A stretch of DNA of 64,000 nucleotides, from assembly GCA_963844035.1 (NCBI GenBank), contig CAWJMT010000014.1, forward strand, positions 9,359-73,358, in the 5' to 3' direction. The DNA comes from an uncultured Gemmatimonadales bacterium (GTDB lineage Bacteria; Gemmatimonadota; Gemmatimonadetes; Gemmatimonadales; GWC2-71-9). Under the pieces are notes generated by a model. That model saw only the letters and a list, made by a program, of their open reading frames with translations. It searched no databases and was not told where the DNA came from. Both the position numbers and the translations under genes were made by a program. Positions 20,564 to 30,609 of this stretch are shown piece by piece (position 1 is the first letter of the stretch; each line of letters starts with the position of its first letter).

Positions 20564-22156
20564 TCAGGACGTACCCCTCGATCCCTTGCCGCGGCCGCGC
20601 GGCGTGAGCAGCGCCACCGGGAGGATGACTTCCTCGGGGCTCACGCCGCCGTGCAGGAACGAGCCGCGGTACCGCGCCTGGTACTCGCGCAGCTTGGTCG
20701 GGTAGACGAAGAAGCGGTCGCCGGTAGCGAGCAGCAACCGGACGCCCAGGCCCATCGGCGGCAGGCCGAACGATTTCAGGTCCTGCACCGAGATCGCCGC
20801 GTCGGATTCCTCGGGCCGCAGATCCTCGCCGAACTTGTAGCGCAGGTTGGACGTGGCGTCCCGTTTGGCGTAGACCGTTGCCGGGGTCTCGCAATGGATC
20901 GATCCGTGATCGGTGGTGAGCAGCACCGACACGCCGCGCCGCTCGGCTTCGCGCAACGCGGCCAGGATCGGCGAGCGTTCAAACCAGGTGCGCGTCACTC
21001 CCCGCAGCGCCGCGTCGTCGCGCGCCACCTCGAAGAGGATCGCGCTCTCCGAGCGACCGTGCGTCAGCTGGTCGATGAAGTTGAAGACCAACGCGGTGAC
21101 GCCGTCCTGCGCGAGATGCGCCGGCAGACGGTGCAGCAGGTCCGCGCCGTCCGCGGCATTGAACAGCTTCTCGTACCGCACCGGCACCGGCCGCCCCATC
21201 AGCTCCTGCAGCTGCTCCGTCAGCAGCTCACTCTCGTGCGCGTTCAAGCTCTCGTCGTCCGACGCGTGCCCCCACCATGCCGGATAGCGGGAGGCGATCT
21301 CCATGGGAAACAAGCCGCTGAAGATCGCGTTGCGGGAGAACGGCGTGGCCGTGGGAAGGATGCTGAAGTAGTGGGACTCCTCGATCTCAAACAGGGGGTC
21401 GAGGAGGTCGCGCAAGGAATACCATTGGTCGAGCCGCAGGCAGTCGACCACGATCAGCAGGGCGCGCCCGTTCGCCTTCAACACCGGCACGAGAAATTCC
21501 GCTCCGACGTCGACCGAGAGCGGCGGCCGGTCACCCTCCGGACTCGCCAGCCAGCGGGGATACTGGCGCTCGATGTAACTCGAGAAATCCTTCCGCAGGC
21601 TCTGTTGCAGCGTGCGCAGCGCGTCCGACAACCCCGGGACGCCCGCGTCCGAGAGACGCACGTCCCACCGGGCCAGCTCGGCCACAAGCTCGATCCACTC
21701 CCGCCAGCCGAGCGTGGCGCCGCGGCGCGCTTCGAGCTCGCGAAACCGCGTCACGAAGTCCCGCGCCATCCGCTGCTGGCGGATCACGTCGCCGTCGAGC
21801 AACCGCGTCACCACGGACAGCAGCTGGCGGGGATGGACCGGCTTGACGAGGTAGTCCGCGACGGCGAACCCGATCGCTTCACGCATCGTAGCGTCGTCTT
21901 CGCTCTGCGTGACCATCACCACCGGCATGGCGGGGTCGATCGCGCGGATTTCGCCGAGCAGCTCGAGCCCGCGGCGGCCGGGCATTTGCTCGTCGAGCAG
22001 CACCACGCTGTAAGGCTGGCGCCGGAGGAGGGCGAGGGCATCGTCACCGTGCGCCGCCTGCTCGACGGTAAAGCCCTGCCCCTCGAGGAAGCGGCGGTGT
22101 GCCGCGAGACCCTCGATCTCATCGTCCACCCAGAGGATACTCTTGGGACGCGGCAT
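20564..22156 (-). CDS. PorX-like response regulator (REC plus PglZ/alkaline-phosphatase domain)
   Basis: ILWVDDE...LLDEQMPG receiver; VDCLRLDQW, ILPTATPFSRNAIFSG, TTDHG, HGG. Confidence 0.87.
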   Translation of the reverse strand: MPRPKSILWVDDEIEGLAAHRRFLEGQGFTVEQAAHGDDALALLRRQPYSVVLLDEQMPGRRGLELLGEIRAIDPAMPVVMVTQSEDDATMREAIGFAVADYLVKPVHPRQLLSVVTRLLDGDVIRQQRMARDFVTRFRELEARRGATLGWREWIELVAELARWDVRLSDAGVPGLSDALRTLQQSLRKDFSSYIERQYPRWLASPEGDRPPLSVDVGAEFLVPVLKANGRALLIVVDCLRLDQWYSLRDLLDPLFEIEESHYFSILPTATPFSRNAIFSGLFPMEIASRYPAWWGHASDDESLNAHESELLTEQLQELMGRPVPVRYEKLFNAADGADLLHRLPAHLAQDGVTALVFNFIDQLTHGRSESAILFEVARDDAALRGVTRTWFERSPILAALREAERRGVSVLLTTDHGSIHCETPATVYAKRDATSNLRYKFGEDLRPEESDAAISVQDLKSFGLPPMGLGVRLLLATGDRFFVYPTKLREYQARYRGSFLHGGVSPEEVILPVALLTPRGRGKGSRGTS

Positions 22157-22217
22157 CGTTGCCTAAGCTTAACACCCGACTGGCGAAGGCGGGCAACGCG
22201 ACGCTAACATTGCCCGC

Positions 22218-23213
22218 GTGCTGTGCGTTCTCCTGGTCCGGTTCAGCTCGATCGGCGATATCCTGCTGGCCACGCCGCTCATTCGGGCGCTCGCCCGGCG
22301 CCATCCCGACGCGAAGCTGATCTTCGTCACCAAGCGATCCATGGCACCCCTCGTGAACGAGCATCCCGGCGTCGCGGAGGTGGTGAGCCTCGAACCCGAC
22401 GAGTCGATACGCCATCTGGCGCAGCGCCTCCGCGCACTGGCGCCGACCCACGGCCTCGACCTCCATTCGAGCCTGCGGAGTGCCGCGCTGCGGCTGCTCG
22501 TCCGCTGTCGCTGGTCGGGACATCCCAAGCACAAGCTGGAGCGCTCGGTCCTGATCTCCACCAAGGTGGACTGGTTCAGGAGGCCGGTTCCGGTGGCCGA
22601 GCGGTACTTTGCGGCCGCACGGGCGCTCGATGTTCACCCGGATGGCCTGCCGCCGGAGTTCTTTCTGAGCCCCGCGGCGCGGGACCGGGTGGACCGATGG
22701 CTCGCCGAGCGGGAGCTGGGCACCGCGCCCCTCGCCGCGCTCGCACCGGGAGCGGCGCACGCCACCAAGCGCTGGCCGCTGGCCCACTGGATCGCGCTGG
22801 CGCAGCGGCTGCGGAGCGCCGGGTACGTGCCGGTTGCCGTGGGCGGACCCGACGACCGCGGCCTGGCGCGGCAGCTCGCGGAGGGCGGCATGGCCGAAAG
22901 CGCGGCGGGAGAGTTCACGCTGCAGGAAACCGGCGCGCTGCTCGCGCGCGCCCGGGTGCTGGTCTCGGGCGACACCGGCGTGATGCACATGGCGACGGGC
23001 GTGGGGACACCGGTCGTGGCGCTGTTCGGTCCCACCGTCGAGCAGTTCGGATTCTTCCCCTACCGTGCGCGGTCGATCGTGTTGCAACGCGAGCTGGCAT
23101 GCCGCCCCTGCTCAGCGAGCGGCACGTCGGTCTGCCCGCTCGGCCACCATCGCTGCCTCGCCGACCTCGCCCCCGCCGAGGTCGCCGGTGCCGTGGAGCG
23201 CGCGGTGGCATGA
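22218..23213 (+). CDS. Glycosyltransferase family 9 (LPS heptosyltransferase-like)
   Basis: RFSSIGD, APGAAHATKRWP, GDTGVMHMA, LFGPT. Confidence 0.9.
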   Translation: MLCVLLVRFSSIGDILLATPLIRALARRHPDAKLIFVTKRSMAPLVNEHPGVAEVVSLEPDESIRHLAQRLRALAPTHGLDLHSSLRSAALRLLVRCRWSGHPKHKLERSVLISTKVDWFRRPVPVAERYFAAARALDVHPDGLPPEFFLSPAARDRVDRWLAERELGTAPLAALAPGAAHATKRWPLAHWIALAQRLRSAGYVPVAVGGPDDRGLARQLAEGGMAESAAGEFTLQETGALLARARVLVSGDTGVMHMATGVGTPVVALFGPTVEQFGFFPYRARSIVLQRELACRPCSASGTSVCPLGHHRCLADLAPAEVAGAVERAVA

Positions 23214-23587
23214 TCCGGTCTACCACGCCGTGCGAGGAGCGGCTGATCTCCCTGGTTGCCGAAGCCGCCCGCGGTCCCAAGCGCGACGGGCTGTTCGCGC
23301 TCTGGCTCGTGGTGCGGGCGGCCGAAGGGACCCTGCCGCCGGCGCCCGTGTCGGGCCGCAACCACCGGCGCCGGCTACAGGCCCTGGCTGGCCGGCTCGC
23401 GACGCTGGCCCTGCCGGCGCCGCTGCAACGCGCGCTCACGGCAGCGCAGCATCACCTGGAGCCCGCGACGCCCGCTGCGGCGGCGCAGGTGCTGCTGCAG
23501 CTCGTGACGCCAGCCCGTGAGGTGCTCGGTCCGGAAGCCGGTGAGGCGGTTGCCGGTGCCGCCCGGGCTGCACGCCTACATTTATAG
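23210..23587 (+). CDS. Hypothetical protein
   Basis: The ATG overlaps the GT9 stop and the ORF ends just before the next start, filling the operon gap. Confidence 0.6.
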   Translation: MIRSTTPCEERLISLVAEAARGPKRDGLFALWLVVRAAEGTLPPAPVSGRNHRRRLQALAGRLATLALPAPLQRALTAAQHHLEPATPAAAAQVLLQLVTPAREVLGPEAGEAVAGAARAARLHL

Positions 23588-23591
23588 ACGC

Positions 23592-24464
23592 ATGTCGACC
23601 CGCCGCCTTCCGAAACCCCCGTCGCTCGAGTCCATCGTGGAGCGCGTGGATCAACAGCGCCCCGGAGAAATCACGGGTGACACCGTGCCGACGGGATTCC
23701 CCTCACTCGACATCCTGCTCGGCGGAGGCCTGCGGCGCCGCGATCTGGTGCTGCTGGGCGGGGACATCGGCTCGGGCAAATCGGCGCTGGCGCTCGGCCT
23801 CGCCCTGCGCGTGGCGCAACAGGGCCTGGGCGTCGCGTTCCTTTCGGGTGAGATGGACGAAGGACGCCTGATGGAGCGCGCGCTCGCCATCGAGGGGCGC
23901 GCCGCCGTGGACGAGCTGCGCACCGCCACCCTCAACGAGCAAGCGCGCGCGGGCGTCGGGGCCGCGGTGGTGCGGCTGCGGGGGCTGCCGCTCGCGATGC
24001 TCCCCCTCGCTGCACCCGATTTCGAGACCACGGCCGAGCGACTGGACTCGCTCCGCCAGCTCGCCCTGGTCATCGTGGACTACCTGCAGCTCGTGCCCCC
24101 GCCTGCGGGTCAAGCGCGGCAGACCCAGGACGAAGACGCGGCGGTGATTCTGCGCCGGCTCAAGGCGCTCGCGCTCGAGCGCCAGGTGGCGGTGGTGGTG
24201 GTCTCACAACTCCCCCGGCTGGACGCGACACGCGAGAACCCGCGGCCTACGCTGGACGATTTCGGTCACCTGGGTGCGACCAAACAGCACGCCGACGTCG
24301 TGCTGTCGATCTTCCGCGAGGACATGTACCATCCGGGCGGCGGGGTGGACGGCGCGACCGAGCTGATCGTGGCGAAGAACCGCAACGGCCCGACGGGGTT
24401 CGTGGACTTCTACTTCTACCGGCGTTGGATGCGGTTCGAGGACGTGCTCGACCCCGATCGCTGA
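23592..24464 (+). CDS. DnaB-like helicase, C-terminal ATPase domain only
   Basis: PTGFPSLD, GDIGSGKS, IVDYLQL, SQL, QHADVV, AKNRNGPTG; about 290 aa with no N-terminal domain. Confidence 0.85.
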   Translation: MSTRRLPKPPSLESIVERVDQQRPGEITGDTVPTGFPSLDILLGGGLRRRDLVLLGGDIGSGKSALALGLALRVAQQGLGVAFLSGEMDEGRLMERALAIEGRAAVDELRTATLNEQARAGVGAAVVRLRGLPLAMLPLAAPDFETTAERLDSLRQLALVIVDYLQLVPPPAGQARQTQDEDAAVILRRLKALALERQVAVVVVSQLPRLDATRENPRPTLDDFGHLGATKQHADVVLSIFREDMYHPGGGVDGATELIVAKNRNGPTGFVDFYFYRRWMRFEDVLDPDR

Positions 24465-24883
24465 GCCGCGACGGAGTCGTGAACGGAGTCGGTGGGCAGC
24501 TCCGTGCCAATGAGGGTGTACGTGGTGCTCGACCCTCCGTCGCTGGACTTGAGCGTGATCCACAACGGGCGCTGGCCCTGCAGCGCCAAGATGGCCACGC
24601 TGCCGTCCTTCATTACGGCGTCATTCTGCAGGTCCCACCCGTTCAGGCGCAGCATCTGGCGGTACCAGGTCGCCACCACCGACACGGGTGCCGGGGCGGA
24701 GAACGTTACCTGGGCCGCATCCGACCCCCGATTCACGTTGACGACGGACGACTGCGGATACATGAGCACGCCGTGCAGCACGTTGGCGGCGAACTCGCGG
24801 TCCTGCTGTGACTCGGGCGCGCGGTCGCGTTGGCACGCCACGCACAGGATGGCCAAGATCAGCGATGCCGAGAGGCGTAACAT
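24416..24883 (-). CDS. Hypothetical lipoprotein
   Basis: Signal-peptide-like N-terminus ending in a lipobox-like CVAC. Confidence 0.65.
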   Translation of the reverse strand: MLRLSASLILAILCVACQRDRAPESQQDREFAANVLHGVLMYPQSSVVNVNRGSDAAQVTFSAPAPVSVVATWYRQMLRLNGWDLQNDAVMKDGSVAILALQGQRPLWITLKSSDGGSSTTYTLIGTELPTDSVHDSVAAQRSGSSTSSNRIQRR

Positions 24884-25051
24884 TGTCGCGTATCCTAGCG
24901 GCTGGCGCTAAGACGCCGGGCAAGTTGTAGTCTGAGGATGACAGCTACGACGGTATGACGGCGAAGTTAGACGGCACGACGGCACGTTGGCTCGTGAACG
25001 TCAGGCAACATGCCTCGTGCAGACGTGGAACGTGTTTTCGAGAGTCCGCGC

Positions 25052-25801
25052 ATGGCCGGTCATAGCAAATGGAAGCAAATCAAGCGCAAAAAGGCGGTCA
25101 CCGACGCCAAGCGCGGTGCCGCGTTCACCAAGGTGATCCGAGAGATCACGATCGCCGCCCGCCAGGGCGGCGGGGATCCCGCCGGGAACGCCCGGTTGCG
25201 CACCGCCATTGATGCCGCCAAGGCCGAGAACATGCCGCTCGAAAACATCGAGCGAGCGATCAAGAAGGGCACCGGTGAGCTCGAAGGGGTCCAGTACGAG
25301 GAAGTATTGTACGAGGGCTACGGCCCGGGCGGCGCGGCGATCCTGATCGAAGCGACCACCGATAACCCGACGCGCACGGTCGCCGAGATCCGGCACGTGT
25401 TCACGCGGCTGAACGGCAACCTGGGCGCCACCAACTCGGTGGCTTGGATGTTCGACCGCCGGGCGCAGATCATGGTCGATGCGGGCCGCGCCGACGAGGA
25501 TGCGACCATGGAGGCGGCGCTCGACGCCGGGGCGGACGACATGACGCGCGACGGGGACTCCTTCCTGATCACGGCACCCATCACGCGGATCCACGCGGTC
25601 CAGGACGCGCTCAAGGCCAAGAAGATCCAGGTCCAGAGCGCAGAAATCGCCCTGATTCCGAAGAACACCGTAAAGGTCGAGGGCAAGGACGCGGCGAGCC
25701 TCCTCAAGCTGATCGAGGCCCTGGAAGAGATGGACGACGTCGCGAAGGTCCACTCCAACTTCGACATTGACGCCGAGGCGATGGCGGCGGTGACGGGGTG
25801 A
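25052..25801 (+). CDS. yebC: YebC/PmpR family protein
   Basis: MAGHSKW, YEGYGPGG, TDNPTRT; directly upstream of ruvC. Confidence 0.96.
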   Translation: MAGHSKWKQIKRKKAVTDAKRGAAFTKVIREITIAARQGGGDPAGNARLRTAIDAAKAENMPLENIERAIKKGTGELEGVQYEEVLYEGYGPGGAAILIEATTDNPTRTVAEIRHVFTRLNGNLGATNSVAWMFDRRAQIMVDAGRADEDATMEAALDAGADDMTRDGDSFLITAPITRIHAVQDALKAKKIQVQSAEIALIPKNTVKVEGKDAASLLKLIEALEEMDDVAKVHSNFDIDAEAMAAVTG

Positions 25802-25802
25802 C

Positions 25803-26279
25803 GTGAAGGTGTTGGGGGTCGACCCTGGCACGTCCGTCACCGGCTACGGCGTGATCGAAACCGGGAACGGCGCACCCGCGATGGGCCGGCTGATCGAGTG
25901 CGGCGTCTTCACCTTCAGCCCCAAGAGCGCCCTCCCCCGCCGGCTCCACGAACTGCACGGTCACATCGCCCAGCTCATCACCCGCCACCAACCGACGGCG
26001 CTGGCGCTCGAAAAGGCGTTCTACCAGAAGAACGTGCGGACCACACTCGTCCTCGGGCACGCTCGCGGGGTGATCCTGCTCGCGGCTGAAGCCGCGGGGC
26101 TCGAGATCGCCGAGTACTCGCCGGCCCGCGTGAAGAAAACCGTCACCGGCGCCGGCGCCGCTCCGAAGGCGCAGGTCGCCGCCATGGTCGCCCGGCTGCT
26201 CAAGCTGGCACATGCTCCCAGGCCCGCGGACGCAGCGGACGGTGTGGCGATCGCGCTCACGCACATCCTGCGATCATGA
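25803..26279 (+). CDS. ruvC: Holliday junction resolvase
   Basis: LGVDPG..TGYG, ARGV, DAADGVAIA. Confidence 0.95.
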   Translation: MKVLGVDPGTSVTGYGVIETGNGAPAMGRLIECGVFTFSPKSALPRRLHELHGHIAQLITRHQPTALALEKAFYQKNVRTTLVLGHARGVILLAAEAAGLEIAEYSPARVKKTVTGAGAAPKAQVAAMVARLLKLAHAPRPADAADGVAIALTHILRS

Positions 26280-26872
26280 TCGCGCTCGTGAGCGGCCGTC
26301 TGGCGGCGAAGCATGCCGATCGCGTGGTGATTCACACGCCGGGCGGGGTGGGCTACGAAGTCGTCGTGCCGCTGGGCGTGATGGCGGGGCTCCCGGGTCC
26401 GGGTGAAGCGGTGACCCTCGCGACCGAGCTGGTCGTGCGCGAGGACGGATGGGCCCTGTACGGTTTCGCCGACGAGGCGGAGCGGCGGTTCTTCCAGCGC
26501 CTCATCGGCGTTGCCGGGGTGGGACCGAAGATCGCGATCGCGTTGCTGTCCGCGCTGGGACTCGAGCGCGGGGTCCGCGCCGTGAAGGAGCGCAACATTG
26601 CCCTCCTGTCCTCCGTCAGCGGCATCGGGAAGAAAACCGCGGAGCGGCTGGCGCTTGAACTCGCCGACAAGCTCGGCGAGCTTGAGGTGACGGCCGGGCC
26701 CGCTCCGTACGCGGGCGGCGGCGCGGCGGAGTCGGCGCTCAAGGCGCTCGAGCGGCTGGGGTACGCCACGCCCGAGGCCGAACGGGCGCTGCGCGAGGTG
26801 CTCGCCACCGACGGCGACGGCGAGGCCGAAACCCTGGTGCGCCGGACGCTGCAACTTCTCACCAACGGATGA
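26276..26872 (+). CDS. ruvA: Holliday junction branch migration protein
   Basis: GVGYEV, VRED..LYGF, GVGPK, GIGKKTAERLALEL. Confidence 0.96.
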   Translation: MIALVSGRLAAKHADRVVIHTPGGVGYEVVVPLGVMAGLPGPGEAVTLATELVVREDGWALYGFADEAERRFFQRLIGVAGVGPKIAIALLSALGLERGVRAVKERNIALLSSVSGIGKKTAERLALELADKLGELEVTAGPAPYAGGGAAESALKALERLGYATPEAERALREVLATDGDGEAETLVRRTLQLLTNG

Positions 26873-27054
26873 CGATGGCGACGACCGCTGAGTGGCTCTG
26901 CACGCGTTGCGGCTCGACCAACCGGAAGCTGGTGCCCGATCGCGCCACCCGGGCGTCGGACGAGTGCGTCACCTGTCACGCGCGCCACGAGCTCGAGGCC
27001 GATCCGCGCCCGGTGCGGTGGCGCGCGCGGCCCACCGGGACCAAAGCAGCGTGA
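26869..27054 (+). CDS. Small zinc-ribbon-like protein (61 aa)
   Basis: CTRC and CVTC pairs; overlaps both the ruvA stop and the ruvB start by 4 nt. Confidence 0.75.
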   Translation: MTMATTAEWLCTRCGSTNRKLVPDRATRASDECVTCHARHELEADPRPVRWRARPTGTKAA

Positions 27055-28088
27055 CGACCGCCCGGGCGCAAATCACCACGCCCGAACCGCTGGCCGACGA
27101 GCGCAGCGCGGACGCCGCATTGCGCCCCTCCCGGCTCGACGAATTCGTCGGGCAGGCGAAAGTGAAGGAATCCCTCCAGATCGCGATCGACGCGGCGAAG
27201 CAGCGCCACGAGCCGCTCGACCACACGCTGTTCTTCGGCCCGCCGGGCCTCGGCAAGACGACGCTGGCGCTGCTCATGGCCCGGGAGATGGGCGTGAACA
27301 TTCGCACGACCTCGGGACCGGTGCTCGAGCGGCCCGGCGACCTGGTCGGCCTGCTCACGTCGCTCAAGGCGGGCGACATCCTGTTCATCGACGAGGTGCA
27401 CCGGCTGCGTCCCGCGCTGGAGGAATTCCTCTACCCCGCCATGGAGGAGTATCGCGTGGACGTGCGCATCGCAGACGGCCAGCACGCCCAGACGATTCCG
27501 ATGGCGCTCGAGCGGTTCACGCTCATCGGGGCGACGACGCGCTTCGGCCTGCTCACGCCGCCGATGCGGGCGCGGTTTGGCCTCGTGGAGCGGCTGTCGT
27601 ACTATCCCGCCGACGACCTCGCCCAGATCATCGCGCGCTCGGCCGGGATCCTGGACGTGCCGGCCGACGTCGCGGGGATCGCGGAGGTGGCGCGGCGGAG
27701 CCGCGGCACCCCGCGCGTCGCCAACCGGCTCCTGAAGCGCGTGCGTGACTACGCCCAGGTGCGCGCCGGAGGCAGGATCACCGCGGCGGTCGCCGCGGAG
27801 GCGCTGAAGCGGCTCGACGTGGACGAATTCGGGCTCGACGACATGGACGGCCGGATCCTGAAGTGCATCATCGAACAGTTCGACGGTGGACCCGTCGGAC
27901 TCACCACGATCGCCGCCGCCGTTGGAGAAGACCCGGGCACGCTGGAAGAGGTGTACGAGCCGTTCCTCATGCAGCAGGGCTTTCTCTCGCGGACCCCGCG
28001 CGGCCGCTGCGCCACGAGCGCCGCGTACAGACACTTCGGCTTTACCCCGCCCAAGAGCGCGGAGCAGGCATCGATCTTCGAGACGTAG
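27051..28088 (+). CDS. ruvB: Holliday junction branch migration ATPase
   Basis: [42 protein letters not shown]. Confidence 0.97.
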   Translation: MTTARAQITTPEPLADERSADAALRPSRLDEFVGQAKVKESLQIAIDAAKQRHEPLDHTLFFGPPGLGKTTLALLMAREMGVNIRTTSGPVLERPGDLVGLLTSLKAGDILFIDEVHRLRPALEEFLYPAMEEYRVDVRIADGQHAQTIPMALERFTLIGATTRFGLLTPPMRARFGLVERLSYYPADDLAQIIARSAGILDVPADVAGIAEVARRSRGTPRVANRLLKRVRDYAQVRAGGRITAAVAAEALKRLDVDEFGLDDMDGRILKCIIEQFDGGPVGLTTIAAAVGEDPGTLEEVYEPFLMQQGFLSRTPRGRCATSAAYRHFGFTPPKSAEQASIFET

Positions 28089-29137
28089 TGCACCGCACCT
28101 CAGACTTCGACTACAAACTCCCCCCGGAGCGCATTGCGCAGGATCCCCTGCCCGACCGCGCGGCCAGCCGCCTCCTCGTGCTCGATCGCGCCGGCGGCGC
28201 CATCCGTCACACGCGCTTCCCTTCCATTCTCGATCTCCTGGCGCCCGCGGACGTGCTCGTGGTGAATGAGTCCCGCGTCATACCCGCAAGGCTCAGGGGG
28301 ACGAGGGACGGGGGAAGGGGGACGGGTAATACCGGCGCTCAGGCGGAGATCCTGCTCGTGCGCGAACTGTCCGACGGCACGTGGCTAGCGATGGGACATC
28401 CCGGCGGGAAGCTGAAGCCGGGGCGCCGCGTAACGATCGGTGAGGACTGCGTGATCGAGATCGTCGCGGTACAGGGAGGCGGGTTGCGACAGGTGCGGTT
28501 CGTCGGGCCGCTCGATGCCCGGGCGGCCCTCGCGCGCTACGGCGAAGTCCCACTCCCTCCATATATCCGGCGCACACCCCGGCCCGACGACCGCGACCGC
28601 TATCAGACGGTCTATGCACAACACGACGGCAGCGTGGCGGCACCGACGGCGGGGCTGCATTTCACTCCTGCGCTGCTCGAGCGCGTGAAGGCGGCGGGCA
28701 CCGCGGTCGCGACGCTCGACCTCCATGTCGGCCCCGGCACCTTCAAGCCGGTGGAGAACGAGGACCTGGCGGCGCATGCAATGCATGCCGAGCAGTACGC
28801 TGTGGGTGCCAGCGCCGCTGAGCTGATCAATGCGAGGCGGCAAGCCGGAGGCCGGGTGTGGGCGGTGGGTACCACGGTCGTGCGGACGCTCGAGACGGTG
28901 GCCGACGCGGATGGACGGATCCGGCCGGGGACCGGCGAAACGAACATCTTCATCTACCCACCGTACGCATTTCGCGCGGTGGACAGAATCCTGACCAACT
29001 TCCACCTTCCCCGCTCGACACTGCTCATGCTGGTGTGCGCCTTCGGCGGATACGATCTGGTGATGCAGGCATATCGGGACGCAGTAAAGGAAGAATATCG
29101 GTTCTATTCGTACGGGGATGCGATGGTGATCGTGTAA
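28088..29137 (+). CDS. queA: SAM:tRNA ribosyltransferase-isomerase
   Basis: DFDYKLP, PLPPYI, AAPTAGLHFT, TNFHLP, FYSYGDAM. Confidence 0.97.
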   Translation: MHRTSDFDYKLPPERIAQDPLPDRAASRLLVLDRAGGAIRHTRFPSILDLLAPADVLVVNESRVIPARLRGTRDGGRGTGNTGAQAEILLVRELSDGTWLAMGHPGGKLKPGRRVTIGEDCVIEIVAVQGGGLRQVRFVGPLDARAALARYGEVPLPPYIRRTPRPDDRDRYQTVYAQHDGSVAAPTAGLHFTPALLERVKAAGTAVATLDLHVGPGTFKPVENEDLAAHAMHAEQYAVGASAAELINARRQAGGRVWAVGTTVVRTLETVADADGRIRPGTGETNIFIYPPYAFRAVDRILTNFHLPRSTLLMLVCAFGGYDLVMQAYRDAVKEEYRFYSYGDAMVIV

Positions 29138-29140
29138 CGA

Positions 29141-30272
29141 ATGTTCGAGTTCGCGATAGAAGCCGGACCTCCGGTGCTCCGCCCGCGCCGGCACGCTCAC
29201 CCTGCCTCACGGCACAGTGGAGACTCCGGCGTTCATGCCGGTGGGCACGCAGGGAACGGTGCGCGCGCTCTCGCCCGCCGACCTGAAGGCGGTCGGGGCC
29301 TCCATGGTGCTCGCCAACACCTATCACCTGCACGTGCGGCCGGGCGAGACGGTCGTCGCCAATCTCGGCGGCCTGCACCGCTTCATGGCCTGGGACCGGC
29401 CCCTGCTCACCGACTCCGGCGGCTTCCAGGTGTTCTCGCTCGAAGGGTCGCGGCGCATCTCGGAAGATGGCGTGCAGTTCCAGAGCCACGTGGACGGCAG
29501 TCACCGCACCCTGACTCCGGAGCGCGCCGTAGAAATCCAGTGGACCCTGGGTGCCGACGTAGCCATGGCGTTCGACCACGTGCCGGCCGGCGGTGCCGAT
29601 GCCGCGACCGCACGCGACGCGATGGAGCGGACGGCGCGATGGCTGGATCGGTGTGCGAAGAGACACGAAGAACTGAGGCGGGAAGACCGCCAGACGCTGT
29701 GGCCCATCCTTCAAGGCGGCTCCCATCTCGATCTCCGTACCGAATCCCTCCAGCGCACCATCGACCTCGGTCCCTGGACCGGCCTCGCGGTCGGCGGCCT
29801 CTCGGTGGGTGAGCCCAAGGCGGTGATGCTGGGCGTCCTCGAGACACTGGAACCTCGGCTGCCCCCCGTTCTCCCGCGTTATCTTATGGGCGTGGGGTTC
29901 CCCGGGGACCTGGTGGCGGCGGTGGAGCGCGGGATCGACTTGTTCGATTGCGTCGCGCCTACGCGGAACGGCCGCAACGGCTCCGCGTTCACGGCCGACG
30001 GACCGGTCAACCTCCGCAATGCCGAGCACCGTGAGGACCCGCGGCCGCTCGATGCAACGTGCGACTGCGAGACGTGTACGACGTTCTCGCGCGGCTACCT
30101 GCGGCATCTGTTTGCGGCCGAGGAGCTGCTGGGCCTGCGGCTCCTGTCGCTGCACAACGTTCGTTTCCTGATTCGGCTCGCCGGAGCGATGCGGACGGCG
30201 ATCCGCGCGGGGGACTTCCCGCGGTGGGCCGCCGAATGGCGCCGCCGCTATCCTCAACCGGGAACCGCCTGA
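29141..30272 (+). CDS. tgt: tRNA-guanine transglycosylase (frameshift near 29170-29190)
   Basis: TPAFMPVGT, TDSGGFQVFSL, GGLSVGE, FDCVAPTRNGR, CDCETC. Confidence 0.96.
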
Positions 30273-30273
30273 C

Positions 30274-30609
30274 ATGCACGGATTGCTCGCGCTGCTCTTC
30301 GCCCCCTCCGGTCAATCCGGCGGCGGTGGCGTCTATGTGTTTGCGATTCAGATCGCGGCGTTCATCGCCATCTTCTATTTCCTCCTCATCCGGCCCCAGC
30401 GGAAACAGCAGGCGGACCATCGCAAGCTGCTGGCCTCCCTGCAGAAGGGCGACCAGATCGTGACCTCCGGCGGCATCATCGGTGAGGTGATCCACCTCAA
30501 GGACACCGAAGTGACGATCAAGTCGGGCGAATCCCGCCTCGTGGTGATGCGGACCAATGTCGCCAACGTCGTCAACCGGTCCACCGCGGTCGAGGTGAAG
30601 CAGGCGTGA
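30274..30609 (+). CDS. yajC: Preprotein translocase subunit
   Basis: FYFLLIRPQRK, GDQIVTSGGIIG; follows tgt. Confidence 0.95.
   Translation: MHGLLALLFAPSGQSGGGGVYVFAIQIAAFIAIFYFLLIRPQRKQQADHRKLLASLQKGDQIVTSGGIIGEVIHLKDTEVTIKSGESRLVVMRTNVANVVNRSTAVEVKQA

Noticed and set aside
20564..22156. BREX defence system (PglZ)
   Set aside because: The PglZ domain is fused to a receiver domain as in PorX, and no brx/pglX genes are nearby.
29141..30272. Pseudogene or programmed-frameshift calls for tgt and other broken genes
   Set aside because: Indels are scattered through essential genes without slippery-site signatures, so sequencing error is the simpler explanation.
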